A stretch of DNA of 46,560 nt from a virus. Location: IMG/VR virus record IMGVR_UViG_3300037483_001046, one strand, 5' to 3'. Position 1 is the first letter of the stretch. The number at the start of each line of letters is the position of its first letter. Positions 1 to 9,857 of the stretch are shown here, piece after piece. The translations under genes and the position numbers were made by a program. Under the pieces are notes generated by a model. The model saw only the letters and a list, made by a program, of their open reading frames with translations, did not search any database and had not been told where the DNA came from.

Positions 1-40
1 ATACTGTAAATATAGAATGGTTTAGAAATGGATTGATCGA

Positions 41-631
41 ATGGGTATAGTCCCTCTTATATTAAATCTTATTGGTTCATGGAGCGAGCCATGCGCTCCA
101 AAGGACATTCAATACATTGTTGATGTAGAAGATGGAATTGTGGAACCGTTTTTTGCTTTAGAGGTTTCTGCCATTTTGAATGATGAAGATGGCTGGACTC
201 AAGCATGGGATGGGAAATTTTGCCAAGGAACTAGTCCAAACTTTGCGGTAATATTAGCAACACCCGAAAAGACGGACGAAATGTGCTTGCCCATGCGAAC
301 AATGAGCAGGGTTTCTTGTTCGCGCAACGGTCGCGCTGTAATAAACCTAAAGAGATGGAGAGAAGGTGCAGAGGGTTGGGAGCTTCATGATTATAGACGT
401 TATTTAATAAATCATGAGGTAGGACATGTTCTGGGAATGGGGCACAGGAAATGCCCCGAAGATTCAAATGAGTTAACTCCTGTTATGAAGCAACAGTCCA
501 GTTCAAAAATTAAGTGCTCCCGCGGAAATGAGCCCACAGAATCTGAATTAGAATCAATGAGCAAAAAGAAGTGGGGATTCTTTCACCTTAGAAAAAAGCT
601 CATTAAAGATCCTTGGGAGAAGCCAACATAA
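41..631 (+). CDS. Secreted zinc metalloprotease, DUF3152-like
   Basis: HEVGHVLGMGH zincin motif, YRRYLINHE context, Met-turn-like PVMKQQ, hydrophobic N-terminus. Confidence 0.7.
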   Translation: MGIVPLILNLIGSWSEPCAPKDIQYIVDVEDGIVEPFFALEVSAILNDEDGWTQAWDGKFCQGTSPNFAVILATPEKTDEMCLPMRTMSRVSCSRNGRAVINLKRWREGAEGWELHDYRRYLINHEVGHVLGMGHRKCPEDSNELTPVMKQQSSSKIKCSRGNEPTESELESMSKKKWGFFHLRKKLIKDPWEKPT

Positions 632-636
632 AAGCC

Positions 637-756
637 ATGGAAATCATTTTTTGGTTTTTGCTTCCCATTTCATGGGGATTTTGCTATCTTGTAGGAAGAC
701 GAGATGAACGTAAGAATCTTGAAGCCTCCAAAAGAATAAGGACTCATTTGCAATGA
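637..756 (+). CDS. Small membrane protein (39 aa, not in ORF track)
   Basis: ATG..TGA, MEIIFWFLLPISWGFCYLVGRRDERK: hydrophobic N-terminus then charged tail; fills intergenic gap. Confidence 0.4.
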   Translation: MEIIFWFLLPISWGFCYLVGRRDERKNLEASKRIRTHLQ

Positions 757-793
757 TGGTAACGAACGAAGACGGAAATTGAGGAAAAATGAT

Positions 794-1138
794 ATGTCAA
801 AAGAAATGATTGATCTGGAGAATACATGGATGAAACCCTTTGATGGGGAGGAAATCTCTGCAACAGCAGTAATTGAAGAAAATCAAAAAAGAACAAAAAA
901 AATGATAAAAGAAATTAAGAAGAAAGAAAAAAAGATCAATATTTTATTCTTCTTGACGCTTTTCGGGGGAATGGGGTTTGGAATTATATATGTGATTCAA
1001 GGATTTGCATGGTTTCATGCAATAGTCCTTGCAATGTTTGCATTCAATGGTTGGTGCTTTCGCAGAATTTCAAAAAAATACGGATTATTTGCGAAAGCAC
1101 TCAATGAATCAATTGAAGACCTTGCAAAGATGGTCTAG
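794..1138 (+). CDS. Hypothetical two-TM membrane protein
   Basis: Two hydrophobic segments; ATG at 794 preferred over TTG 779. Confidence 0.55.
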   Translation: MSKEMIDLENTWMKPFDGEEISATAVIEENQKRTKKMIKEIKKKEKKINILFFLTLFGGMGFGIIYVIQGFAWFHAIVLAMFAFNGWCFRRISKKYGLFAKALNESIEDLAKMV

Positions 1139-1180
1139 GAAGCTCTTGACGGAGAGTCTCAAAAGACTTATCATGGAACC

Positions 1181-1501
1181 ATGCGATGGGCCTTCCTCTT
1201 TGCGATTTTCTTTTACAACGGTTTCCTAATTTTTTCTAAGCCGCCAACGGAAGAAGTTTGCGCACTTCACGGCAGGGTTCGACAGGTTCAAAGTCATGCT
1301 GACTACAAGGTTTATGTTCAGCATTATCAGCCGGCGATAAGAGTTCAACAAGTCCCCAATTTTCCAACAAAACCAGGACAATGGCAATTTGTTCCCTTTG
1401 GTCCATATGATTTTTCGATTTCAATCACACGAAGTAAAGCGGAAGCAGATTTCGTTGTGCAGTACGTTGACACGTTAACGGCAAGGCCAGGATGTAAATG
1501 A
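1181..1501 (+). CDS. Secreted beta-repeat protein (DUF6150-like)
   Basis: Signal peptide; repeated ADxxV/PGQWQFV pattern ending PGC; TTGACG..TATCAT promoter just upstream. Confidence 0.5.
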   Translation: MRWAFLFAIFFYNGFLIFSKPPTEEVCALHGRVRQVQSHADYKVYVQHYQPAIRVQQVPNFPTKPGQWQFVPFGPYDFSISITRSKAEADFVVQYVDTLTARPGCK

Positions 1502-2070
1502 TCAAGTTTATCATTATCAGATTCGGATATGCAGAAAGCGCTCATGTTTCATGGATGTTTTTTCGTTACATGGGACCAGAAGGATATAAAACAAGGTATG
1601 AAGCTCTTCAAAGTTTAGCTCGTGATTTGTTGGTCAACGCATGGGAAGATCAGCTTTGGTGTTGCAGAAAATCAAAAAAAGAGTTTCCTAATCATATGCG
1701 GTGTCATAGATGTGGCAAAAAGCTTAATATCCAATCTTCTTTACAGGAAGATTGGAAACGCCACCTATATGAAATGAACAAGTATATCCTTGATGATTTA
1801 GGTGATGAACTTGAGGAATGGTGGCCTTACGATTCAATCAGTAAACTTCTCGATTTTTCCAAAGATGAGATGCTTATTATTGATGATTGTGGAGAGAATT
1901 TTCTGTTCGAAGCACTTGATGGAACCGAGTTTGACGGAAAGTATAAAAAGGAAATTGAACAATATTGGGAACACAAAAAAGATTATGCAAATGAATGGAC
2001 AAAAAGAACGACCCGTGAAGAATTTATTGAGGCAATCAACAAATCTCCAAAGATAGATTATTGGTCATGA
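1498..2070 (+). CDS. Hypothetical protein with Cys cluster (CC..CxxC)
   Basis: ATGA overlap with upstream gene; 190 aa ORF. Confidence 0.6.
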   Translation: MIKFIIIRFGYAESAHVSWMFFRYMGPEGYKTRYEALQSLARDLLVNAWEDQLWCCRKSKKEFPNHMRCHRCGKKLNIQSSLQEDWKRHLYEMNKYILDDLGDELEEWWPYDSISKLLDFSKDEMLIIDDCGENFLFEALDGTEFDGKYKKEIEQYWEHKKDYANEWTKRTTREEFIEAINKSPKIDYWS

Positions 2071-2372
2071 AAGATTGGGCAATAAAAAAATTCTTTACGA
2101 AGAAAGAAAAGAAGCCTCTTCCAAAGAATTACGGACAAGGAATATCTCGAAAATCCAAACAAAGACGAAGAAATGCGCTTTATTATAAAGCAGGAGATCG
2201 TCATGGGTTTGGAGCCGCCACGTTGCTTGGCATTTCATTGCTTGCCATGGCAAATTGGCCGATAGAAGACAGAGATCGATGGGCTTATCTTTTTATTGCA
2301 GCCCTTGGGATAACCCATCTTGTATGGGGTCATAATCTCAAAAAATTGGCTGACAAGGACAAAACAAAATGA
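2067..2372 (+). CDS. Hypothetical membrane protein
   Basis: ATGA overlap; basic N-terminus and two TM-like segments. Confidence 0.55.
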   Translation: MKDWAIKKFFTKKEKKPLPKNYGQGISRKSKQRRRNALYYKAGDRHGFGAATLLGISLLAMANWPIEDRDRWAYLFIAALGITHLVWGHNLKKLADKDKTK

Positions 2373-2599
2373 CAACCAATTTCAAAGCAGAAATAGGGAA
2401 GTATTATCGAAGCGAATGGGGAGGAATATTCTATAAGTGTGCACAAACATGTTGGATATGCATATTTTGGAATCCGGAAACCCCGCACACTGGCAGAATT
2501 GAAACATATCCCGCCATTTACGGAAGCTTAACTCTCATACAAAGGCCAAATTTTACAATAAAACTTGATCAAATTGTGAGATACCTGAAATGGTTTTAA
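2369..2599 (+). CDS. Hypothetical protein
   Basis: ATGA overlap, operon-like packing. Confidence 0.5.
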   Translation: MTTNFKAEIGKYYRSEWGGIFYKCAQTCWICIFWNPETPHTGRIETYPAIYGSLTLIQRPNFTIKLDQIVRYLKWF

Positions 2600-2970
2600 T
2601 ATCAAGATTTAAAATGGCATGGGACGCTTTTTGGAATGGTCCTTCCAAAATAAAAGAACTTGAAAGCCGAAACAAAGATTTGGCTCAAGCGTTATCTGTT
2701 TGGAAAAGCGGATATAAAGAGCTTTCTGAAACAATGAATAAAATTAATGGGCATGAAGACGAAGAAGAAGCCCGGAAAGCTTATCAAACATATTTGAAGC
2801 ATTGGAATTATGTGAACAATACAGAAAGCACATCCGTATCGTGGGTACTTCAGGCGATGGAATATGCCGCCGCTCGTGTTCGCGGATGCAATATTGTTCC
2901 AATCTCAAGCCGTTGCTGTTCACGTGGCACCAAATCATGCGTCATAAATCACAACATTTCTATTGATTGA
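2590..2970 (+). CDS. Hypothetical protein with coiled coil and C-terminal Cys cluster
   Basis: ORF packing; SSRCCSRGTKSC tail. Confidence 0.55.
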   Translation: MVLISRFKMAWDAFWNGPSKIKELESRNKDLAQALSVWKSGYKELSETMNKINGHEDEEEARKAYQTYLKHWNYVNNTESTSVSWVLQAMEYAAARVRGCNIVPISSRCCSRGTKSCVINHNISID

Positions 2971-2991
2971 TTTTAGCAAAAGTTTCGGGCG

Positions 2992-3282
2992 TCATTCGTT
3001 TTCTTCCATTTTTAAATTTATGTCGACATTCTCTCTTATTTTTGCGCTATCAATCCATTGCATGATTTCTTGAGGTTTGTAATATCTTTCGACTTCTGGA
3101 TACATGTCAGTTATTTCATCATACATTTCATGGGTGTCCATGCCGTATCCATGTTTAGATGAATAATCTTGGATAAGGTCTTTCAATGAATGCGAAATAT
3201 GTTCGTATTCCTTCAATGATCCATCGTAAATAGATGGATTATTCTCTAATATCCATCTAATAATATTTCGAACCTTTTTCAT
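2992..3282 (-). CDS. Hypothetical protein with N-terminal amphipathic motif (MKKVRNIIRWILE)
   Basis: ATG at 3282 preceded by TATTTA 5 nt upstream. Confidence 0.55.
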   Translation of the reverse strand: MKKVRNIIRWILENNPSIYDGSLKEYEHISHSLKDLIQDYSSKHGYGMDTHEMYDEITDMYPEVERYYKPQEIMQWIDSAKIRENVDINLKMEENE

Positions 3283-3321
3283 GGTGATAAATATGCATAA
3301 GAGCATCAAAAAAGAATAGGC

Positions 3322-3350
3322 TTGACACATCTATTGGGGTCTTGTAGGCT
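3322..3350 (+). promoter_or_regulatory. sigma70-like promoter
   Basis: TTGACA-N17-TAGGCT upstream of AGGAGG RBS and ORF 3374. Confidence 0.65.
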
Positions 3351-3373
3351 ACGAAGCAGGAGGCTATAACGCC

Positions 3374-3547
3374 ATGAAGAAGACCACGTTGATTTTCAAT
3401 CATGAAAAAGACACCAAAGGGACCTATCGTTATGCGGAGGAAGAGAGCGAGAACCCCGTTGTGGGAACGCTCTATCTGAAGAAGAAGGCCGCAGGAAATG
3501 AAGCGCCAAAGAAGCTTCGGGTCACGATCGAAGAAATCGAAGATTAA
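3374..3547 (+). CDS. Small beta-rich protein, 57 aa (not in ORF track)
   Basis: MKKTTLIFNHEKDTKGTYRYAEEESENPVVGTLYLKKKAAGNEAPKKLRVTIEEIED; own promoter and AGGAGG RBS. Confidence 0.75.
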   Translation: MKKTTLIFNHEKDTKGTYRYAEEESENPVVGTLYLKKKAAGNEAPKKLRVTIEEIED

Positions 3548-3634
3548 GATCTTGACAAATATTCTGATTTGTGCGATGTTTTCCAGGCAAGGCAATAATA
3601 TCAGTTTGTCTTGATGAACCGGGGAATAATCACA

Positions 3635-4546
3635 ATGACGGAGATCAGAATGAGAGACGGAACGGCAGCCAAACTTGGCGGCCGTTTCGCATTTGACGAA
3701 TCCGATGGTTCGCGGCAATCTATCAAGATTTATTACGTTGATGAAGATAAGCCGTATAGTCCAGAAAAAGGAAACTACACATGTCTAACGCCTACTTCCG
3801 CATGGGCCCACGACATGGGTACAGAATCGTTCAAAAGACATGCTCGTGCCAAATTAGATGGAATTATTGTCCATAAAGATGTTTGGGAAAAAATCAGAAT
3901 AGCGGAAGAAATCGAGAATTATGATTATTCAACAGATCGTTGGATCTCAAATCTTGATTCGGTTGATCCACAACCAGCAAAAATTCAAACAGCAGAAACT
4001 GTCGACAAGCAAGACACGGACAAACAATTTAAAAAGGAAAAGAAAATGAGCGATGAAACCGGAACCATGGGAATGATTGGCAAAGCTGCTCTCGATGGAG
4101 TCAAGCTTGCCGGAGCAAATCAGGCAAACGAAGCCATTGCAAAGTATACCATTAAGGGTATTCGCGCAACCGGCTTATTGCCTGATGATTTTTTGGAGTC
4201 AGAGCCCGGACGACTTTTGGTAAAGTTTCTGGGACCTGTTTTGCTGCATTACTTTGCGCAAACCCAGTCTGAAATGATTGACAATTTGATCACGGAAGGA
4301 GCTTCGACTAAAATCCGTGATACATGCAAATTGGCGACGCAAGCGGTTACCGCAGAAACTATTGAGCCTCTATTGATGTTCTTGGTGCCTCTTTTGAAGG
4401 GGTTGGCAACAGGCGGATTGGATTCTCTCATGCGAGAAGATTCTTACGAAAAGAGCAACGCTGCTGGCTCTTTGAGCGCTCCGCCAAAAAGCGATGTCGT
4501 CAAAGATGTTTTGAACACGACGGCGAAGGAAAAGGTTCCAGCCTAA
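3635..4546 (+). CDS. Hypothetical protein
   Basis: Long ORF, followed by strong terminator. Confidence 0.7.
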   Translation: MTEIRMRDGTAAKLGGRFAFDESDGSRQSIKIYYVDEDKPYSPEKGNYTCLTPTSAWAHDMGTESFKRHARAKLDGIIVHKDVWEKIRIAEEIENYDYSTDRWISNLDSVDPQPAKIQTAETVDKQDTDKQFKKEKKMSDETGTMGMIGKAALDGVKLAGANQANEAIAKYTIKGIRATGLLPDDFLESEPGRLLVKFLGPVLLHYFAQTQSEMIDNLITEGASTKIRDTCKLATQAVTAETIEPLLMFLVPLLKGLATGGLDSLMREDSYEKSNAAGSLSAPPKSDVVKDVLNTTAKEKVPA

Positions 4547-4571
4547 AACGAAATAACGATCGGTTCATCGC

Positions 4572-4608
4572 AAGGGGCGCAGTTCTCTCCTGGGCTGCGC
4601 CCCTTTTT
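4572..4608 (+). terminator. Rho-independent terminator
   Basis: AAGGGGCGCAG / CTGCGCCCCTT stem followed by T run. Confidence 0.8.
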
Positions 4609-4624
4609 CAAAAATGACAACATT

Positions 4625-5140
4625 ATGAAAAAAACAATGATGAAAAAAATATTCATTATTATTTTTGTATTAATCGCAATTTTCTTTTGGCGATGCAATC
4701 ACAAAGAAGAAGTCCAGAATTTTTGCGAAGATCCTGCTAATCAAATATTTGAAAACAGACTTTGGTTTCATCAAAATGAAGAAACCAGGGAATTGACAGC
4801 ATTTGCATTAATCCGCAAGAATGGTCTTGGTGTTTTCATTAAAACCACAGAGTGGACAGAGTACCAAGAAGTCTTTTGGTGGGAATTTGACAATCAAAAA
4901 AGCGATGGGAAGTTAGATTATACATTTAATTTCCCGCATCGAAGCAAGTCTTATGATATTGATGTAAAGGTTTGGGAATGCGAAACGGATGTAGCCGAAC
5001 TTTGTGCAAAAATTGAAGACGACAATAACATATTTGGCGAAACAGAGTTCTACTCATTTTGGGATTTGGTCATTGAAGAAAGGAAAGTAAATGAAGTTAG
5101 ACAATTGACTCTCATTCTGGAGAAGGGAAAGCACTTCTAA
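4625..5140 (+). CDS. Exported/membrane-anchored hypothetical protein
   Basis: MKK + hydrophobic stretch + Cys. Confidence 0.6.
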   Translation: MKKTMMKKIFIIIFVLIAIFFWRCNHKEEVQNFCEDPANQIFENRLWFHQNEETRELTAFALIRKNGLGVFIKTTEWTEYQEVFWWEFDNQKSDGKLDYTFNFPHRSKSYDIDVKVWECETDVAELCAKIEDDNNIFGETEFYSFWDLVIEERKVNEVRQLTLILEKGKHF

Positions 5141-5388
5141 TGAAACTCGATGAAATCAGCATCATTCCGCAATATATTCCGCAATATAATGATGTGCAAT
5201 GGATTTCGGCATGGCGGAACGGTATGTTGCCAAAGCTTGTGTATGCTCCGGAGACAATGGATAAAACTCTTCCCATTATAAGAGCACCAGATGGAGTCTT
5301 AGGAGATAGGCAATTTAATCATTGCATTTATGAAAAGACAGAGAATCCAAAAATTCTTAAGCTTATTTGGGAAAGGCAGATCATGTAA
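5140..5388 (+). CDS. Hypothetical protein
   Basis: TAATG overlap with upstream gene. Confidence 0.5.
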   Translation: MKLDEISIIPQYIPQYNDVQWISAWRNGMLPKLVYAPETMDKTLPIIRAPDGVLGDRQFNHCIYEKTENPKILKLIWERQIM

Positions 5389-5389
5389 A

Positions 5390-5815
5390 ATGAAACGAGT
5401 TTATATTGACATGGATGGAGTGCTCGCTGATTACGATGCACGATTCTTGGAAAAGAAAAATCATGATTTTCCATTTCCGCAAGCAACCTATGGATTTTTC
5501 ACAAGCTTAGATCCAATACTAAATGCTCTTGATTCGGCCAATTGGATTTTCGACAATTTTGATGCATGGATTTTAACAAGGCCAAGCGTCAAGAATCCTT
5601 TATGTTACACGGAGAAACGAGTATGGGTCGAAACCCATTTGGGGATGAAATGGGCTGAGAAACTTATTTTGTGCCCCGACAAGATCCTCTTGAAAGGGGA
5701 CTTCTTGATCGATGATTGGGAATGGCCAGGTTTCGAAGGACAGCATATCCATTTTGGATCTTCTGATTTTCCAAATTGGAAATGTGTTATCGATTTTTTG
5801 AAAACGAGGAAATGA
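5390..5815 (+). CDS. 5'(3')-deoxyribonucleotidase, NT5C/HAD family
   Basis: YIDMDGVLAD motif I, ILT motif II, EKRxW, GDFLIDD motif IV. Confidence 0.9.
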   Translation: MKRVYIDMDGVLADYDARFLEKKNHDFPFPQATYGFFTSLDPILNALDSANWIFDNFDAWILTRPSVKNPLCYTEKRVWVETHLGMKWAEKLILCPDKILLKGDFLIDDWEWPGFEGQHIHFGSSDFPNWKCVIDFLKTRK

Positions 5816-5824
5816 GGAGGATAA

Positions 5825-6334
5825 ATGAGAACCTGCCCTTATTGCAATCAAAAATCAATATCAGAACCCAAAGAAGAAGGCGAATGGTGGACATGCTCAA
5901 ATTGTTTGTTTTCTTGGATGAAAAATCCATGTTCATTGAATGAATTAATTCGGTATTTTCATCCTGGTGCCATGTACTTGTCTGAAAAAGGCGGATATTA
6001 TCACAAATACGCACAAAAGAAAAATACAGACTACTATCTCTCGCGCATTTATGACGTGTTTCGCATTTTTATAAATCGTCCACCAAATATAAACCCAAGA
6101 GTAATCTTGGTGTATGCAAAAAGATTATTTGACAAATTGCCAACGCCGGAATTAAAGATTGTAATGTGGGATCTTTTAACGTTGCCTGAATGCGATTCTC
6201 ATTTTGAAAGAATTATAAAAGAAGAAATCATAAAAATTTGTAATCCAGACAATGTAAAACAAAATAATATAAAATTCTCAACCTCACAAGAGCAGATGAT
6301 TCAATGGTCAAAAGAAAGACTTGGGGAGAAATAG
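5825..6334 (+). CDS. Zinc-ribbon-containing hypothetical protein
   Basis: CPYC...CSNC at N-terminus; GAGGAGG RBS. Confidence 0.6.
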   Translation: MRTCPYCNQKSISEPKEEGEWWTCSNCLFSWMKNPCSLNELIRYFHPGAMYLSEKGGYYHKYAQKKNTDYYLSRIYDVFRIFINRPPNINPRVILVYAKRLFDKLPTPELKIVMWDLLTLPECDSHFERIIKEEIIKICNPDNVKQNNIKFSTSQEQMIQWSKERLGEK

Positions 6335-6336
6335 AG

Positions 6337-7914
6337 ATGGCTCACAATCAATTTGTGGCCAAGTTCATTGGCGAAGGAGAAGTGCCAAAAAAAGTTATAA
6401 AAACTGACGCCGCCAAGGTCAACATCATGGACTTGAAGGATCTACAGATGAAAAAGTCAGACGAAGAAAAATCTTTTTATAGAATTATCAAAGACGGGTT
6501 TTCTGACAAAAAGCCAAACGGGAAACCCAAGAATGAGAGAGAGATTTACAATGACAAATCTTTGGCCCTTAATACAATAAAGGATAAAGCCGACAAAGGA
6601 CTTGGTATTGTTAGTAGGGTTTCTGATATCCTGTTGATGCTTGGAACTCTAAGAACGAAACCAAGTAAAACACATCTTGTTGCGGCAGGAGCAAAAATTT
6701 TTGATCTTTTTTACCAAAATATCTTAAGCAAAAAGTTGAATCCGCCCGCATATGAAGATCCGTTGGTGCTTTATATCGGAAAACTTGGAGGAAAATGGGA
6801 AGATTTATTCACCAACAGAAGTCGAATTGTTGAAATCCTTAACGAATGCGAACTTGGGAAAATTGTTTCTGAAGAAGAAAATCAATCGGACTATTATTAC
6901 GGACCAAAAGGAGAAAAAGGATCTAAAACTTCTACATCCGCAATTTATCATGCAATCATTGAAGAGTGTGACATTGTTTGGAAACAAAGAAAAGGTAAGG
7001 ATACATTCGTTTTACACTTAATGATTCGTACAGATCAAAAAGATCGTCTTTTTATTGCTATCGGAAACTTGGTTTGGAAATCGTATAATACAAATCATTT
7101 GACGGCAATTACAAATAATTTAGTTAATCCAAGCGGATTTAATAGTCATTATATCGAATTTATGGAAGATCTTTTTGCAAAAGACATTCTTCAATCAGAA
7201 ATTGCTGACAAGATTGCAGAAAACACAAAAAGATTTTTAGCAGTACCAGAAATTGAAGCAAGGGCAATTTTGCTTTATGGACCACCAGGGACAGGAAAAA
7301 GCACCGCTGCTAGATATATCGCTCACGTTCTCAAATTTCGTTCTCTCAGAATCGGTTATAACATTCTTTCTGACGGGAATACTTTGATTCAATGTTTAGA
7401 CATTCTGCGACCAGACTTAATCATTATTGATGATATTGATCGCTCCCCGAACAATGGATCCCTTCTGGAGACGCTTGAGCTTCTTCGCAAAAGAACCAAA
7501 GTCATTATTGCAAGTGCAAATTACCCAGGAAAACTGGACTATGCTGTTTTGCGTCCTGGACGATTTGATGAAGCTATCAAAATTCATATTCTTGATAATG
7601 CAGTCATCAAAAGGACCATTGGAGAAGACGCTCAAAATGAAGAGGTTTTCAACCTATTGAGAGGACTTCCAATTGCATATATCAATGAATATGCCTTAAG
7701 AAAGAAAGTTCTTGGAGAAAAAGAGGCAGCTAAATCGATTAAGGAATTACATGATCGAATTGAGTTAGGAAATCGTGCTGACGAAGACGAAACTGATCAG
7801 AATGACTATAAATTGTTGGCTGAGCAGATTAAAGAATTGCGCCAAAGCGAAAGAAAGCCGAAGCCTAAAGCAAAAGCCAAAACCGCTAAAAAGAAAAGTT
7901 GCAAAAGAGCATGA
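6337..7914 (+). CDS. AAA+ ATPase
   Basis: Walker A GPPGTGKS, Walker B IIIDDID, SRH-like AVLRPGRFD. Confidence 0.9.
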   Translation: MAHNQFVAKFIGEGEVPKKVIKTDAAKVNIMDLKDLQMKKSDEEKSFYRIIKDGFSDKKPNGKPKNEREIYNDKSLALNTIKDKADKGLGIVSRVSDILLMLGTLRTKPSKTHLVAAGAKIFDLFYQNILSKKLNPPAYEDPLVLYIGKLGGKWEDLFTNRSRIVEILNECELGKIVSEEENQSDYYYGPKGEKGSKTSTSAIYHAIIEECDIVWKQRKGKDTFVLHLMIRTDQKDRLFIAIGNLVWKSYNTNHLTAITNNLVNPSGFNSHYIEFMEDLFAKDILQSEIADKIAENTKRFLAVPEIEARAILLYGPPGTGKSTAARYIAHVLKFRSLRIGYNILSDGNTLIQCLDILRPDLIIIDDIDRSPNNGSLLETLELLRKRTKVIIASANYPGKLDYAVLRPGRFDEAIKIHILDNAVIKRTIGEDAQNEEVFNLLRGLPIAYINEYALRKKVLGEKEAAKSIKELHDRIELGNRADEDETDQNDYKLLAEQIKELRQSERKPKPKAKAKTAKKKSCKRA

Positions 7915-7956
7915 AGATCTAATGGTAAAGTTTTCCCTTTATGAAAGAAACGAAAA

Positions 7957-8583
7957 ATGACAAAAATGACACTCGATGATCACATCCGCAATTTCAAAGA
8001 TCTAAATCATTATGATATGAGCAATGAAAGGCTCAGGGAATTGGCTAACGGATATTTGGAAGAGGCAGCCCAACTTGGGGAAAAATTGTCTAAGGCAATA
8101 GAGCTTTTGCAAGAGGCAATTGATTCAGGTGGCACAGGATATATCAATAGCCGTTGGGGCACAAAAGCTAAAAAATGCATTGACACAGAGTCTGATCAAG
8201 ACGATTATCCGATTCGTGCATATACAAAAATAATCGATCGGGCCGATAAGATTATCCGAAGCTTGGCACCTCCTGGAAAAGAAAGTGAATCTTGGGAAAC
8301 AATTCATGAATTGCTTGCCTCCCAACCGAAATATGTTGGAATATGGAAAAACATAAATTTTTATGTGTCACCCACCGATAGTGTTATGCGCAGGATGAGC
8401 AGGCTGTCAGGGAATACAGCATATAGTCTGGCGGATTATTGGTGGAGCACGGAGTCCCTTGCCACACACTGGATCCGCCAGACTAACCGCCAGACTAATC
8501 ATTCTTGTCAATATAATGTTATGTACACTCAAGAATGCTATGAAGTCATGAAAAAGTGGGCTAAATTCGAGATGGGCACGTAA
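7957..8583 (+). CDS. Hypothetical protein
   Basis: 208 aa ORF. Confidence 0.55.
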   Translation: MTKMTLDDHIRNFKDLNHYDMSNERLRELANGYLEEAAQLGEKLSKAIELLQEAIDSGGTGYINSRWGTKAKKCIDTESDQDDYPIRAYTKIIDRADKIIRSLAPPGKESESWETIHELLASQPKYVGIWKNINFYVSPTDSVMRRMSRLSGNTAYSLADYWWSTESLATHWIRQTNRQTNHSCQYNVMYTQECYEVMKKWAKFEMGT

Positions 8584-8654
8584 CCGAATCAACCAAACTG
8601 CTCGGCCTCGGTGACCTCGCGGTCGATCTTGCGGTCGATCTTGGCAAATAACTG

Positions 8655-9839
8655 ATGCATTTCAATCACACAAACAAGTCAACCCTCCTTTTGGTGTTCG
8701 CCGGTTCTCATGCATACGGGATGAATCAAGAAGGATCGGATATCGACATAAGAGGCATCACAATGCCTCCGCCCTGGCTCCACATAAGCCGATATAACGG
8801 TTTTGACCAAGACGAGCACCCGACATTCGAAAACGCTCCAGAGGTTGTTAAATCAATAGAGAAGTCCTTTCTGGCGCGCGGACAAATGTTTGAGGATTAC
8901 TCTTTTCAATCTCCCGACGATAATCTTGATGCAGTCATTTACGATGTAGGAAAAGCAATATATTTGATGGGCAAATGCAACCCAAATATGCTTGAATTGC
9001 TTTTTACGGATCCTCAAGATGTTATTTACTTAAATGAATTTGGAGAGAGGCTTCGAGAAAAGAGATCATTCTTTTTATCAACGAAGATTAAGCATACATA
9101 TAGCGGTTATGCTCATGCTCAATTGAAAAAGATCCAAAGACATCGTGGATGGCTTATGGAAGGAGACGTTAAAAAGCCATCAAGAAAAGACTACGGATTG
9201 CCAGAGCACGAGAGCCTTCGCAATGAAGGAGAATCAAATTTAATCAATGAAGAAATTAATGCAATTATTCTGGGATGGTCTTTGCATGAATTTGATCTCC
9301 ATCCAGCCGATCGAGAAGTTTTGTCTGAAAGAATTCGAAACTTTATGATAACAAAGTTTGCTTGTTCTGATGATGAATTAGAATTCAAATTGGAAGATTT
9401 AGCGGCATTTAAATTGGGATTGTCTGCTGATGTCCGTCAAGCGCTTGATATGGAAAGGAAATATCGGGCAGCCATGAGACATTACAAAAGCTTTCTAAAG
9501 TGGAAAAATGAGAGAAATCCTAAACGAAAAGAATTTGAAGACAAGTATGGATTCGATGTTAAAAATGCCAGCCATCTTATTAGGCTAATGAGAACTGGTT
9601 GTGAAGTTTTGGAGACAGGAAATTTAATTGTTAGGCGACCTGATGCGGAGGATCTTCTTGCGATTAGGCGCGGGGAAAGAAGCTATGAATCTATCTTAGA
9701 AGAGGCGAAAATTCTTGAAATTAAGATAGAAAAATTGTATAAGGAGAATCCGGCCAACTTGCCGCACAAAGTGAACACGAAAGTTTTGGACAATATTCAC
9801 AAGGAAATCGTGGAAGACTATATTCGTGTCTTATTATGA
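8655..9839 (+). CDS. DNA polymerase beta-superfamily nucleotidyltransferase (YcgL/RlaP-like)
   Basis: GSHAYG..SDIDIRG motif, NPNMLELL, KYGFDVKNASHLIRL. Confidence 0.85.
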   Translation: MHFNHTNKSTLLLVFAGSHAYGMNQEGSDIDIRGITMPPPWLHISRYNGFDQDEHPTFENAPEVVKSIEKSFLARGQMFEDYSFQSPDDNLDAVIYDVGKAIYLMGKCNPNMLELLFTDPQDVIYLNEFGERLREKRSFFLSTKIKHTYSGYAHAQLKKIQRHRGWLMEGDVKKPSRKDYGLPEHESLRNEGESNLINEEINAIILGWSLHEFDLHPADREVLSERIRNFMITKFACSDDELEFKLEDLAAFKLGLSADVRQALDMERKYRAAMRHYKSFLKWKNERNPKRKEFEDKYGFDVKNASHLIRLMRTGCEVLETGNLIVRRPDAEDLLAIRRGERSYESILEEAKILEIKIEKLYKENPANLPHKVNTKVLDNIHKEIVEDYIRVLL

Positions 9840-9857
9840 CAAGAGCTTCGTGATTTT

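Noticed and set aside
3257-3718. 153-aa minus-strand ORF
   Set aside because: Antisense to a well-signalled small gene and two promoters; no motifs
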